NCBI GenBank assembly: GCA_040389905.1
Contig: JAZJZK010000012.1
Coordinates: 94,929 to 158,928 of the forward strand
Length of the DNA stretch: 64,000 nucleotides
Direction: 5' to 3'
DNA from: Gemmatimonadota bacterium
GTDB lineage: Bacteria > Gemmatimonadota > Gemmatimonadetes > Gemmatimonadales > Gemmatimonadaceae
Shown here: positions 27,345 to 37,690 of the stretch, in pieces
Layout of the letters: each line of letters starts with the position of its first letter
Position numbering within the stretch: the first letter of the stretch is position 1
Notes under the pieces: model-generated
Database searches by the model: none
Seen by the model: the letters and a program-made list of their open reading frames with translations, nothing else
Told to the model about the DNA's origin: nothing
Made by a program: the position numbers and the translations under genes

Positions 27345-30300
27345 ATGCGGATCGTGAAGATTTTCAGATTTGCATGCGCCCTTTCTTTTCTAGGCCATGG
27401 CGCATCGGCACAGCTTCCTCTCCGCGGCACGGTACGCGACAGCGCGACGGGACAGCCCCTTGCCGGTGTCGTCCTCGTGATCAGCGACGCCGGCCGCGGC
27501 GCACGAGCGATAACCGGCGAGAACGGACGGTACTCCCTGCCGCTCGCGACTGGAGCGCAGAAGGTGCAGTTGTTGCGAATCGGCTTCCGTTCGCGCACGC
27601 TCGATATTCCGCCCAGCGAAAACGAGCGAGCGCGCTTCGATATCACGATGGCCCGTCTTCCCACCATGCTCGAAGCGGTGCGGGCGGTCAGCGCCAATCG
27701 GTGCAAGGCGCGCCCGGATGCCGCCGCATCACTCGCACTCCTCGAGCAGGCACGAGCCGCGCTGCTGGCCACGGTCGTGGCGCGCGATGCCAATCCGGCA
27801 ACGGTGACTCGACTGGCGTTCGACCGCGGTGTTGACGTGAACAAGAGTCGCGCGACCAGCCAGAAGGTGCGAATCGAGACCGGCGTCCGCGCCGGTGCAT
27901 CGTTCAACGCAACGCGGTCGGTCCAGGAACTCGCGGTCCGCGGCTTCCTGCGCGACAGTGCCGGCACGCAAACCTTCTTCGGGCCGGACGCCGACGTTTT
28001 GCTCGACGATCAGTTCGTGGCCGCGTACTGCTTCAACCTCGCGGCGAAGGACGCGGCGCATCCGAACGCCGTCGGTCTCGCGTTCAACGCGGCCGCACCA
28101 AAGCGTGGTCGCGTCGATATTCGTGGAACGCTCTGGGTGGACACCGCCGCCCGTGCGCTGACGAACATCGACTTCCGGTATGTCGGCTTCGACAACAACG
28201 TGATGGAAGGTCTCGGCACCGGCGGCAGCATCTCCTTCGCGCACGCATCGAATGGTGTGACGTTGATCGACCGGTGGCATTTGCGTCTCATCGGCGATGC
28301 GGATACCGCCGTTTACGGCCCCAAAGCTGGCCCCGATATCCGACGTGGGTTCGCGGTGCGAGAAGTTGGCGGTGAGTTGGCACGCGCCACATGGCCCGAT
28401 GGCGCGACGTGGAAAGGCGCGCTTGGCACACTCCGCATTGCGACCATGGAGCGAGGCGGCGGGAGTGCCGCCGGCACGATCATCACCCTCGATAGTACGA
28501 GCTACCGCGCGGTGGTCGACTCCAACGGTGTCGCCGAGATTCATGATCTGCTGCCCGGACCGTACACGGTCGCGGTGATCGATCGGCGGTTGTCCGAAAT
28601 CGGTGTCGCGCTTCCCACCCCACTCGCGCTCCGCGCTGAACGGGATTCGACCATCGGGTTGCGACTCGAGGTTCCCTCCGCCGAGGCGTACGTCGCATCG
28701 GTGTGTCGGATGGATGGAACGGTAAGCGGAGCAAGTGCGCTCATCGGGCGCGTCGTTACACAGGAGGGGCGTCCGGCCGCAGGGGCCAATTGGAAGCTCA
28801 GCAAGATCGTCGATGGCGCATGGCAGACCATCAGCGACGGCGGCGTAACGGGGTCGTCGGGCATCTATCATTTTTGCCGAGATCTCGCCTTCGGCGAGAC
28901 GGTACGACTGGAGACCTGGACGGGAACGCAGCCCGCCGACATGATCTTGCGCCGCATTACGGACAGCGTCACGGTAATCCGCGCGCCGCTCCGAAACGCT
29001 ATGGTCGCACGGATTGCAGCAGCGGGACGCGGACGAATCCTGCGTGGGACCGTCGTCGATTCAGTGACGCGCGCGACGATCCCCCGCGCGCACATCACGC
29101 TCTCGGGTACGCAACTCACCGCACTCTCGGACAGCGCCGGCCGCTTCGTCATTCCTTCCGTTCCCGCAGGCGACTACGCCGCGGAGATCAGAACCTGGAC
29201 GCTCGATTCACTTGGCGCGGTCGTGCAATCGGGATTCTCGTTCAGTGATACGACGACGGCGGTAACGCTCATCGTCCCACCGCTCGCTCGTGTCGCCGCA
29301 TCGGTTTGTGGACTGCGTGACACGCGCGCGGAGGGGCTGGTGGTGGGAAGCGTGGAAATGCGCGGTGACACGTTGCCCGTCGCCAACGTTCGCGTGGTGG
29401 CCGATTGGACCGCGCCAACGGAACGGCAAGGCAAACGCGAGACGGGAAATCACTGGGCCGAAACGGTCACCGACGACAAGGGTGATTTCCGGCTCTGCGG
29501 CGTACCACTGAATACGGCGCTCACGGTGCGCGCCGAGTCGGAGACGGGGGGCGCGCACCCGGCGGAAGTGCGTGTCGCGTCGGACGGCGCCTTCGCGCGT
29601 GCGGAGCTGACCCTCGATCGCGACATCCAGAGCGGCGCGATTTTCCGGGGTCTCGTCGTCACCGATTCCACGCTCCTCCCCATCGCGGACGTCGAGATCT
29701 CGATTCCCGGGCTTTCGCGAAGTGTGGTGACCAATGAGCGCGGCGCGTTTCGCTTTCCCGACATTCCTGCCGGGATTCAGGACGTGAGCGTGCGGCGGTT
29801 GTCATTCAGCCCGCTGAACACGAAGCTGCAGTTCTTCCCGAACACAACGGTCGATCGTCGCATTTCACTGCGGAAGGCCGTGACGTTGAATGCGGTCGAG
29901 ACGATCGCGAGCGCGGTAATTCCGAGCTTCGAGGAGAACAAGCGTATGGGGCTCGGACACTTTCTCACGCGTGACCAGCTCGAGAAGTTCGAAGGCGGAC
30001 AGATGTCAGCGGCCATTGCGCAACTGCCGGGCGCGAATGCGATGGTCACGCAGAGTGGCAGCCACGCCTTCGTCATGTCGAACCGGCGCGCGGGTGCGCA
30101 CCTTCCGCGGTGTACGAAGGACTGCAAAGGTGTGCCGACGGGAGCGTCCGGCGGAGAGCAGGCATTGCAGGAACTGAGAGAGCTCGGCATCTGGTGTCCC
30201 ACCCGGGCAGAGCAGTCCATCGGTATGGGGTGCGGGTGCTACTCGCAGGTCTACCTGGACAAGACGCTCATGAATCCTGGTAAGCCAACGGAACCGTTCG

Positions 30301-30434
30301 ACATCAACACGATCCCACCGACGACCATTGAAGCCGTCGAGATGTATTCGAGCCCAGCCGAAACGCCAGTCATGTATCAGCGGCTCGAAGGCAGGTGCGG
30401 CGTCATGGTGATCCATTCGCGAATCACCAGTTGA
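27345..30434 (+). CDS. secreted CarboxypepD_reg-like repeat protein with C-terminal TonB-plug-like domain (paralogue B1)
   Basis: ATG 27345 after GAGGA; signal MRIVKIFRFACALSFLGHGASAQ; same motif series as A1/A2 plus an extra module; ends CGVMVIHSR. Confidence 0.87.
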   Translation: MRIVKIFRFACALSFLGHGASAQLPLRGTVRDSATGQPLAGVVLVISDAGRGARAITGENGRYSLPLATGAQKVQLLRIGFRSRTLDIPPSENERARFDITMARLPTMLEAVRAVSANRCKARPDAAASLALLEQARAALLATVVARDANPATVTRLAFDRGVDVNKSRATSQKVRIETGVRAGASFNATRSVQELAVRGFLRDSAGTQTFFGPDADVLLDDQFVAAYCFNLAAKDAAHPNAVGLAFNAAAPKRGRVDIRGTLWVDTAARALTNIDFRYVGFDNNVMEGLGTGGSISFAHASNGVTLIDRWHLRLIGDADTAVYGPKAGPDIRRGFAVREVGGELARATWPDGATWKGALGTLRIATMERGGGSAAGTIITLDSTSYRAVVDSNGVAEIHDLLPGPYTVAVIDRRLSEIGVALPTPLALRAERDSTIGLRLEVPSAEAYVASVCRMDGTVSGASALIGRVVTQEGRPAAGANWKLSKIVDGAWQTISDGGVTGSSGIYHFCRDLAFGETVRLETWTGTQPADMILRRITDSVTVIRAPLRNAMVARIAAAGRGRILRGTVVDSVTRATIPRAHITLSGTQLTALSDSAGRFVIPSVPAGDYAAEIRTWTLDSLGAVVQSGFSFSDTTTAVTLIVPPLARVAASVCGLRDTRAEGLVVGSVEMRGDTLPVANVRVVADWTAPTERQGKRETGNHWAETVTDDKGDFRLCGVPLNTALTVRAESETGGAHPAEVRVASDGAFARAELTLDRDIQSGAIFRGLVVTDSTLLPIADVEISIPGLSRSVVTNERGAFRFPDIPAGIQDVSVRRLSFSPLNTKLQFFPNTTVDRRISLRKAVTLNAVETIASAVIPSFEENKRMGLGHFLTRDQLEKFEGGQMSAAIAQLPGANAMVTQSGSHAFVMSNRRAGAHLPRCTKDCKGVPTGASGGEQALQELRELGIWCPTRAEQSIGMGCGCYSQVYLDKTLMNPGKPTEPFDINTIPPTTIEAVEMYSSPAETPVMYQRLEGRCGVMVIHSRITS

Positions 30435-30515
30435 CCGTGCGTTGTGGCACGCTGAACTTGAATGCCGGCGCGCGTTTGTCGCGGTGAGATGAGCATGGCA
30501 GTATCCGAACGTTTT

Positions 30516-30548
30516 GTCGCCCTGAGCGAAGCGAAGGGCCCGCACCTT
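30516..30548. repeat. 33-bp intergenic REP-like repeat, copy 1
   Basis: GTCGCCCTGAGCGAAGCGAAGGGCCCGCACCTT, identical at 40796-40828. Confidence 0.85.
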
Positions 30549-30581
30549 TGTTACGATGGTTCCCAGACGGGAGCGTGGCAC

Positions 30582-33500
30582 ATGAAAAGAGTGATTGCGG
30601 CGTTTGCCCTGACGATCCTCGGGTTGTCGCACACAGGTGGAGCACAAACGGCTTTCTCGTTGCGCGGCACGGTGCGCGACAGCGCGAGTGGGCAGCCACT
30701 CCCCGGCGTCGTGGTGGCGCTGCGCGACGTCGCAGCAGGCAGCGGCCGAACCATCAGCAATGATCGGGGCCTTTACACATTGGCGGTTCCATCGGGAGCG
30801 AAGGCAATTCAGGTTCTTCGCATCGGCTTCCGAGCGCGAACACTCGACCTGCCGCCGGCGGCGAGCGCCGCGGGGTTCGATATCACGATGACGCGCCTGC
30901 CGACCATTCTCGAGCCGGTGCGATCACTGAGCGCGAATCGGTGCAAGGTGCGCCCCGACGCCGCGGCATCGTTCGCGCTCCTCGATCAGGCGCGCGCGGC
31001 ACTGCTGGCAACCGTCGTCGCTCGCGACGCGAATCCTGCCACCGTGACACGCCTCGCGTTCGAACGCGTGATCGACGTCGCCAAGGACCTGCCCAGCAGC
31101 CAGAAGGTGCGCCTCGAATCCGGCGTGCGTGCGACGGCCTCCTTCAATTCGCCGCGCTCCGCCGTGGAGCTCGCGCGCTTGGGGTTCATGCGCGACAGCG
31201 GCAGCATGCAGACCTACTATGGCCCCGATGCGGAAGTGCTCCTCGACGACCGGTTCGTGTCGGAGTATTGCTTCAGTATCGCCGCGCGCGAGAAGGCGCG
31301 TCCTCGGGAGTTGGGCCTCGCGTTCGCGGCGGCCAGCAGGAAGAAGGGACGCATCGACATCCAGGGCGCGCTCTGGGTGGATACGGTGAGCCGCGCACTC
31401 AAGTCGATCGAATTCCGCTACGTCGGCTTCGACAACAACGTCATGGAAGGTCTCGGGACTGGCGGCCGCGTGTCGTTCGCCCAGGCACCGAACGGCGTTA
31501 CGCTGATCGATCATTGGCACCTCCGTCTGCTTGGTGATGCGGACACGGCGGTGTATTCGGCCAAGGGGAGCCCGGTCATGCGGCGAGGCTTTGCGGTGCG
31601 CGAGGTGGGCGGTGAGCTCGCACGTGCCTCGTGGGCCGACGGTGCAACCTGGCGCGGTTCGCTCGGCACACTTCGCATTGCGGCGACGGAGCGCGGCAAG
31701 GCGGCGGTCGGCTCGATCATCGCGCTGGACAGCACGGGTTATCGCGGCGTCGTCGACTCCACCGGCGTGGCGACGATACGGGATCTGCTCCCTGGTCCGT
31801 ACAGTGTTGCCGTGATCGACCGGACGCTCGCGGAAATCGGCGTCGCACTGCCGACATCGCTGGCCTTCACTGCGGCGCGCGACTCGACCGTTTCGATGCC
31901 GCTCGAGGTACCGTCGGCCGTCGGCTACGTGGCGTCCGTCTGCCGCATCGACGGGAAGGCGAGCGGTGAAAGTTCGTTGATTGGGCGCGTCGTCACGTCG
32001 GACGGGCAGCCGGCTCCTCAAGCGAAGTGGAAGCTCAGCAAGGTCATTGACGGCTCGTGGCAGACGATCAGCGACGGTGGTGTCACAGGGTCGACGGGAC
32101 TCTTTCACTTCTGCAATGGTCTCGCGATTGGCGAAACGGTGCGCGTCGAAGCATGGCGCGACGGCCAGTCACCCGACGTGTCGCTGCGCCGCATCACCGA
32201 CAGCCTGACGATCGTTCGCGCATCGTTGAAGAACGCGCTCGTCGCGCGCGCGGTCGCGAACGCACCGGGGCGGTTGCTTCAGGGCGTCGTCGTCGACTCG
32301 ACAACGCGGACTCCAGTTGCGGGCGCGCACGTGTCGCTTGTTGGAACGTCGCTCAGCGGCGTGTCCGACAGTGCCGGCCGCTTCTCGATCGTCAACGTGC
32401 CAACTGGCGATTACGCTGCCGCCGTCCGGACCTGGACACTCGACTCGCTCGGCGCCGTCGTGCAGTCGGGTTTCGCGTTCACGGACTCGACGTCGTCAGT
32501 CACTCTGCTCGTGCCGCCTGCGTCGCGTGTCGCGGCGTCGGTGTGCGGCGTTCGCGACGCAAACGCCGAGGGGTTGATTATCGGCAGTGTGGAAATGCGC
32601 GGCGATACGGTTCCGGTATCGAGCGTTCGCGTCGTCGCGGATTGGACGACATCCTCGACGCGGCGTGGGGTTTCGGGAAACGTGAATCATTGGGCGGAAA
32701 CCGTCACGGACGAGCGCGGTGACTTCAAGCTGTGCGGCGTGCCGCTGAATACAGCGCTTACAGTGCGTGCGGAATCTGACAGCGCGGGCGCGGTTCCATC
32801 GGAGATGCGCGTCGCGGCGGGTGGTGCGTTCGCTCGCGCCGAACTCACACTCGATCGGGACATCAAGCGAGGTGCGGTCTTCCGTGGTCTGGTCGTCACC
32901 GATTCGACGCTGATGCCCATTCCGGACGCGGAAGTGTCGTTCCCCGGGTTGGCGCGCACCGTACTCACGAATGATCGTGGCGCGTTCCGTTTCCCAGAAA
33001 TCCCAGCGGGGATTCAGGACGTAAGCGTGCGGCGGCTCTCGTTCGGCCCGATCAACACGAAGCTGCAGTTCTTTCCGAACACCACGCTGGACCGTCGCAT
33101 CTTCCTGCACCCGGCGATCACACTCAATGCTGTCGAGACGATCGCAAGCGCCGTGATTCCGAGCTTCGAGGAGAATCGGCGGATGGGGCTAGGGAAGTTC
33201 CTCGACCGCGAGCAATTGGCGAAGTACGAGGGCGCACAGATGTCGCAGGCGCTCGCGCAGATGCAAGGCGCCAATGCACTGCTGTCGCTCAACGGCAGTC
33301 ACGCCTATGTGATGGTGAACCGGCGTGGAGCGGCAAAGCTCCCGCGCTGCACGATGGGGTTGCAAGAAAAAATGGGCGACCCTAGCAAGATTATTCAACA
33401 GAACTCCACCTGTTCTGGCGGTCCCGTCGCCGCCTCTGCGCAGGGGACGCCATCGTCCAGCGAAAAGCGCGACATGGCCACGCAGGAGATGCGGGATCTC

Positions 33501-33749
33501 GGCCTCTACTGCCCGTCGCAAGCCGAGCAGGCCATGGGTATGACGTGCGGCTGCTACGCCCAGGTCTACGTCGACAACGCGCTGATGAACCCCGGCAAGC
33601 CCACGGAGCCGTTCGACATCAACACGATGCCGCCGTCAACGATCGAGGCGCTCGAGCTGTACGCCAGTCCGGCCCAAACGCCGATCCGTTATCAGCGGAT
33701 GAATTCAGCGTGCGGTGTCGTCGTCATTCACACTCGGCGTTCACAGTGA
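30582..33749 (+). CDS. secreted CarboxypepD_reg-like repeat protein with C-terminal TonB-plug-like domain (paralogue B2)
   Basis: ATG 30582 after GGGAG; tandem duplicate of B1 with long identical stretches (FRYVGFDNNVMEGLGTGG; LCGVPLNTALTVRAES; LMNPGKPTEPFDINT). Confidence 0.88.
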   Translation: MKRVIAAFALTILGLSHTGGAQTAFSLRGTVRDSASGQPLPGVVVALRDVAAGSGRTISNDRGLYTLAVPSGAKAIQVLRIGFRARTLDLPPAASAAGFDITMTRLPTILEPVRSLSANRCKVRPDAAASFALLDQARAALLATVVARDANPATVTRLAFERVIDVAKDLPSSQKVRLESGVRATASFNSPRSAVELARLGFMRDSGSMQTYYGPDAEVLLDDRFVSEYCFSIAAREKARPRELGLAFAAASRKKGRIDIQGALWVDTVSRALKSIEFRYVGFDNNVMEGLGTGGRVSFAQAPNGVTLIDHWHLRLLGDADTAVYSAKGSPVMRRGFAVREVGGELARASWADGATWRGSLGTLRIAATERGKAAVGSIIALDSTGYRGVVDSTGVATIRDLLPGPYSVAVIDRTLAEIGVALPTSLAFTAARDSTVSMPLEVPSAVGYVASVCRIDGKASGESSLIGRVVTSDGQPAPQAKWKLSKVIDGSWQTISDGGVTGSTGLFHFCNGLAIGETVRVEAWRDGQSPDVSLRRITDSLTIVRASLKNALVARAVANAPGRLLQGVVVDSTTRTPVAGAHVSLVGTSLSGVSDSAGRFSIVNVPTGDYAAAVRTWTLDSLGAVVQSGFAFTDSTSSVTLLVPPASRVAASVCGVRDANAEGLIIGSVEMRGDTVPVSSVRVVADWTTSSTRRGVSGNVNHWAETVTDERGDFKLCGVPLNTALTVRAESDSAGAVPSEMRVAAGGAFARAELTLDRDIKRGAVFRGLVVTDSTLMPIPDAEVSFPGLARTVLTNDRGAFRFPEIPAGIQDVSVRRLSFGPINTKLQFFPNTTLDRRIFLHPAITLNAVETIASAVIPSFEENRRMGLGKFLDREQLAKYEGAQMSQALAQMQGANALLSLNGSHAYVMVNRRGAAKLPRCTMGLQEKMGDPSKIIQQNSTCSGGPVAASAQGTPSSSEKRDMATQEMRDLGLYCPSQAEQAMGMTCGCYAQVYVDNALMNPGKPTEPFDINTMPPSTIEALELYASPAQTPIRYQRMNSACGVVVIHTRRSQ

Positions 33750-34160
33750 TGGTTCGCCGCCGTCACAATTAACCAACCACGGGATCCCGAACCGGTCGAC
33801 GACCATTCCGAAGCGCGCCGCCCAGAAGGTCTTTTCGAGCGGCATGACCACCTTGCCGTCTGTCGCCAGCTCGCGAAAGATGCGCTCGGCCTCCGTTATG
33901 TCTGAAAGCTGGATGGAGAGCGAGAATCCCTTCGGCGCCTCGTAGCGGCCGGGCACGATGTCGGCGCCCATGAGCGCGTGCTCACCAACAGTGATGCTGC
34001 CGTGCATGATCTTATCCTGCCAACCGGCTGGCGCGTCACCCTCCATCGGACTCCCCCCATAGCGGAAGACCGGGCCGATCTGGCCGCCGAGGTGTTTTTC
34101 GTAAAACGCGAACGCGGCTTCACAGTCGCCGTTGAAACTCAGGTATGATGCGATCTGCAT
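33741..34160 (-). CDS. PhnB-like VOC-family protein
   Basis: ATG 34160; SYLSFNGDCEAAFAFY, IMHGSI, LEKTFWAARFGMVVDRFGIPWLVN. Confidence 0.9.
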   Translation of the reverse strand: MQIASYLSFNGDCEAAFAFYEKHLGGQIGPVFRYGGSPMEGDAPAGWQDKIMHGSITVGEHALMGADIVPGRYEAPKGFSLSIQLSDITEAERIFRELATDGKVVMPLEKTFWAARFGMVVDRFGIPWLVNCDGGEPSL

Positions 34161-34339
34161 GGGTTCCTCGACGTCGCTGGGGAAGACAGCATTATCCGCT
34201 ATACGATGCCGTCCATTCGCTTTGTTAGCAACGCCGCATCTGCGCCGATGCTGGTGAGTAGCTCCGCACCAGGCCCGCTCTTCTGGCTCAGAATGCCGAG
34301 CAGAAAGTGGTGAGGCCGCCGCTAGCATTGCCGCCTTTC

Positions 34340-37018
34340 TTACAACCCCTTGAGCGCTTGCGCCGGCGCGATGGACGCCGCGCGGCGCGCGGGAATCCAG
34401 CCAGCCATTAGCGCGGTCACCATGAGAACCGCCGCGACGACGCCCATCGTGACCGAATCGCGCGGTGTTACGCCGAACAGAAACGAGGCGATGAGCTGAG
34501 TCGCTGCCATCGCTGCGCCGATGCCAACTGTGATCCCAATTGCCGACGTCGTCGCTGTTTCGCTCAACACCGCTGACCATACGCGCCGCTGCGTGGCGCC
34601 AAGCGCCATGCGGATCCCGATGTCTCGCGTGCGCCGTGTCACCTCGAACGAGGCGATGCCGTAAAGGCCCACCAGCGATAGCAGAAGTGCCAGGACACCG
34701 TAGCCAAGCGACAAGCGCGCCATCAAGCGCTCGCGCATCAGTGCCGCGTCCAGTTGCTGCTCCATCGTGCGGACATACGCCACGGTCACATGTCTCGAGA
34801 GCGCGGCAACGTCGCCGCGGATCGCCGACGCGAGAGCGCCTGGATTCGACTGCACGTGCACGGCGACGGTGATGCGGCGAACATCCCCGACAAGCTCCTT
34901 CGACCCGAGCTTCGACTGGGCGAGCGCAGTGTAGACGGTACGCGACGGCTCATCCCGCAGGCTCTCGAAGCGCGCACTCCGCACCACGCCCACGATGGTG
35001 TACGGTTCACGATCGACCCCGACCACGATGCGACGCCCGAGTGGATCCGATGTGCCGAAGTACGCGCGGACCAGGGTCTCATCAACAACGGCGACGGGGT
35101 CTGACCCCGCGCGATCCGAGTCGGTGAATTCTCGCCCTCGGGTGACCCGCATGCCGAACACACGGAAGAAATCCGGCGTGACGATGTTCGTCGACGCGCT
35201 GGGGCTTGCATCCGATATCGCGAGTCCCGGGACCTCGATCCGGCGGATCTGCGTCGACTCGTCGAGTGGACTGCGCTGCGTGAACGTCACGGCGAGCACG
35301 CCCGGCCGCGCACGCAGGCGCGAATCGAGCTCGTTGAAGAACGTCGCCCTCCGTTCGGGCGTCATCGACCGGTCGCCGGCGTCGATGTTGAACAACACGG
35401 TGCTCGCGCGTGTGAAGCCCGGATCGAACGAGCGCATATTCATGACGCTTCGCGCGAGTAACGCTGCCACGCAGATAACCAGCGCCGACAGCGCGAGTTG
35501 CCCCACGACGAGCCACCTCCCCACCGTGAGCGGGCCGCTGCGTTGCGCCGCGGCGCTCTCCTTGAGCATTGGCGTTACATCCACCTTGCTCGAGCGCAGG
35601 GCGGGAGCGAGCCCCACGAGCACGCTGGTCAGAATTGATACTGATGCAGTGAAGGCCAGCACATGCCAGTTGACGCTTGCGTCGACAATCACTGGCCGTT
35701 CGCCGACAGCCATTGCCGTGGTGATCATGGACGTCGACAACGATGCCACGAGGCCGCCCAGTGCGCCGCCGGCGAGCGCGAGCAGCAGGCTCTCGGTCAG
35801 CATCTGCCGCACGAGCCGCGCTCGGCTCGCGCCGAGACTGAGGCGGACCGCCATTTCCTTGGCGCGAACGGTGCCGCGGGCGAACGACAGGTTCGCGACG
35901 TTCGCGCAGGCGATCAGCAGGACAATACCAACCATCCCGAGCAACACGCCGAGCGCCAAGCCGAACGTGCGCCGTAGACCATCTGATCCGCGACCGGCCG
36001 GAAGCAGTGCGGCGCGGCGCACGTCGCCGGGGCGTCGTTCGCTCTCCGGCTCCGCCCAGTACCGCTGAAACAGATCACCCGCCGCGGCGAGTGCCTGCGT
36101 TTCCGCTTGGTTCGGGCGAAGACGAGCCACGAGGCGGAGGGAAATCCAACGATCGCGCGCGCCGAGGAACGACGGATCGCTGAGCGCGCGGACGGACATC
36201 GGGAGCGTGATATCCGTGCGAATGCCGGAGGTCAGGCCATGAAAGCCTGGGGCCGTCACACCGACGATCGTAAAGGTGCGACCTCCACTCGACAGTGTTT
36301 TCCCGACGATGTTCGGATCTCGCCCGAAGCGACGCCCCCAGTAACCGTCACTGATCACGGCAACCAAAGGACGTCCATCTGGCCGGTCCGGCTCGTCGGA
36401 AAAGCCATGCCCCATGGCGAAGGGCGCTCCGATGGTCGCGTGGTAGTTCCCGCTTACGTACTGGCCTTCGACGCGCTCGAGACCCTCGGGTGTCTCAACG
36501 GTCAACGTCGTCTGTAGTGAGGACGTCACGCTCGCAAAGATGCCGGACGCCCTGTAGCGCTCGAGCAGTGGGTAATTCGACGACAGTTCCCTGTCCTTCC
36601 CGCTTCCGTGTCCGAGGAAATACAGTTGCGCTGGGTTGGCGATGGGGAGCGTCCGAAAGAGCACGGCATCCATCAACCCGAAGATGGCGCTGTTCGCGCC
36701 GATGCCGAGTGCGAGGGAGAGCACAGCGGCTATCGTGAAGCCCGGGCTCCGAGCGAGTTGGCGGACCGCGTAACGAAGGTCCTGACGCAATTCACCGACG
36801 AATCGAACGCCACGCGCCTCCCTGCACTCTTCCTGATGCGACGCCTCGGCGCCGAAGGCGAGGCGCGCCTGTCGCCGCGCGTCCTCCGGGGCAAGACCGC
36901 TGCGGATCAGATCATCGGTGAGGGTATCCAGGTGAAACTGCATCTCCTCGGCCATCGAGCGTTCGAACTCGCGACGCCCGAAGACCATGCGAGCGAACGA
37001 ACGAAGCTGTGGCAGCAT
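34340..37018 (-). CDS. duplicated MacB/FtsX-type ABC permease (ADOP-like orphan permease)
   Basis: EEMQFHL...[10 protein letters not shown] prefix, [55 protein letters not shown]; 1 nt after padR. Confidence 0.93.
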   Translation of the reverse strand: MLPQLRSFARMVFGRREFERSMAEEMQFHLDTLTDDLIRSGLAPEDARRQARLAFGAEASHQEECREARGVRFVGELRQDLRYAVRQLARSPGFTIAAVLSLALGIGANSAIFGLMDAVLFRTLPIANPAQLYFLGHGSGKDRELSSNYPLLERYRASGIFASVTSSLQTTLTVETPEGLERVEGQYVSGNYHATIGAPFAMGHGFSDEPDRPDGRPLVAVISDGYWGRRFGRDPNIVGKTLSSGGRTFTIVGVTAPGFHGLTSGIRTDITLPMSVRALSDPSFLGARDRWISLRLVARLRPNQAETQALAAAGDLFQRYWAEPESERRPGDVRRAALLPAGRGSDGLRRTFGLALGVLLGMVGIVLLIACANVANLSFARGTVRAKEMAVRLSLGASRARLVRQMLTESLLLALAGGALGGLVASLSTSMITTAMAVGERPVIVDASVNWHVLAFTASVSILTSVLVGLAPALRSSKVDVTPMLKESAAAQRSGPLTVGRWLVVGQLALSALVICVAALLARSVMNMRSFDPGFTRASTVLFNIDAGDRSMTPERRATFFNELDSRLRARPGVLAVTFTQRSPLDESTQIRRIEVPGLAISDASPSASTNIVTPDFFRVFGMRVTRGREFTDSDRAGSDPVAVVDETLVRAYFGTSDPLGRRIVVGVDREPYTIVGVVRSARFESLRDEPSRTVYTALAQSKLGSKELVGDVRRITVAVHVQSNPGALASAIRGDVAALSRHVTVAYVRTMEQQLDAALMRERLMARLSLGYGVLALLLSLVGLYGIASFEVTRRTRDIGIRMALGATQRRVWSAVLSETATTSAIGITVGIGAAMAATQLIASFLFGVTPRDSVTMGVVAAVLMVTALMAGWIPARRAASIAPAQALKGL

Positions 37019-37019
37019 C

Positions 37020-37361
37020 TCACACCTCCTGCGGTGTGGCGCTCATCGCCGCGGCGATGGCAGCAACGAGGCGGTTCCAGCTCGCCGCTTCTTCCTTCAT
37101 GCGTTGCCGGCCGGCAGGCGTGAGGCGATAGAAGCGCGCCTTTCTCTTGTTGTCGCTCTCGCCCCACTCCGCCTCGATGAGGCCCTGATGTTCCAGGCGA
37201 TACAGCGCGGGATACAACGAGCCCTGCGTAATCTCGAGTGCGTCTTTCGAGATCTGGCCAATGCGCAGCAGCACACCGTACCCATGCAGGGGCTTCAGCG
37301 AGATGGCCTTGAGAATGAGCATGTCCAACGTGCCCGGCAGCAATTGTGCAGTCTTCGTCAT
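37020..37361 (-). CDS. PadR-family transcriptional regulator (type found with ADOP permeases)
   Basis: GTLDMLILK...HGYG...[12 protein letters not shown]...[13 protein letters not shown]. Confidence 0.95.
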   Translation of the reverse strand: MTKTAQLLPGTLDMLILKAISLKPLHGYGVLLRIGQISKDALEITQGSLYPALYRLEHQGLIEAEWGESDNKRKARFYRLTPAGRQRMKEEAASWNRLVAAIAAAMSATPQEV

Positions 37362-37367
37362 CGCACT

Positions 37368-37419
37368 CTCCCAGTCTGGCTAGGAGTATGGCGACGCTCT
37401 CCTAGCCTGTCAAGGAGAG
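37368..37419 (-). promoter_or_regulatory. sigma70-type promoter of padR-permease with two palindromic operator-like boxes
   Basis: Minus strand TTGACA (37413-37408)-N17-CATACT (37390-37385); boxes CTCCCAG-N5-CTAGGAG (37368-37386) and CTCTCCTAG-N5-CAAGGAGAG (37397-37419) overlap -10 and -35. Confidence 0.75.
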
Positions 37420-37690
37420 AACAGAAGAGCCTGAGCGTGAGCCTCCAGCTTTGAGCGAATCAGAGCTCGAGCAGGAGCTGTGAGCACAAGCTCAAGCTCT
37501 GAGTTGCTCATTGCTCAAGGCTCACGCTCCTGCTCGCGCTCCCGCTGATGGCTCACGTTCCAGCTCCAGCTCGCGCTCGGCATTTTTTCGCACAACTTTC
37601 TTACCGCAGCGCCCCTGCCGGCCCCTCTGCGAAAGGCTACCCTGGGTCTGTCCCGTTGCGCGTCTTGCGAACTGAGGGAGATTCCTGGCG

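Noticed and set aside
34195..34340. attC-like site after the permease (and a weaker one near 48880-48910)
   Set aside because: Only vague resemblance; no clean paired RYYYAAC/GTTRRRY boxes and no integrase in the window.
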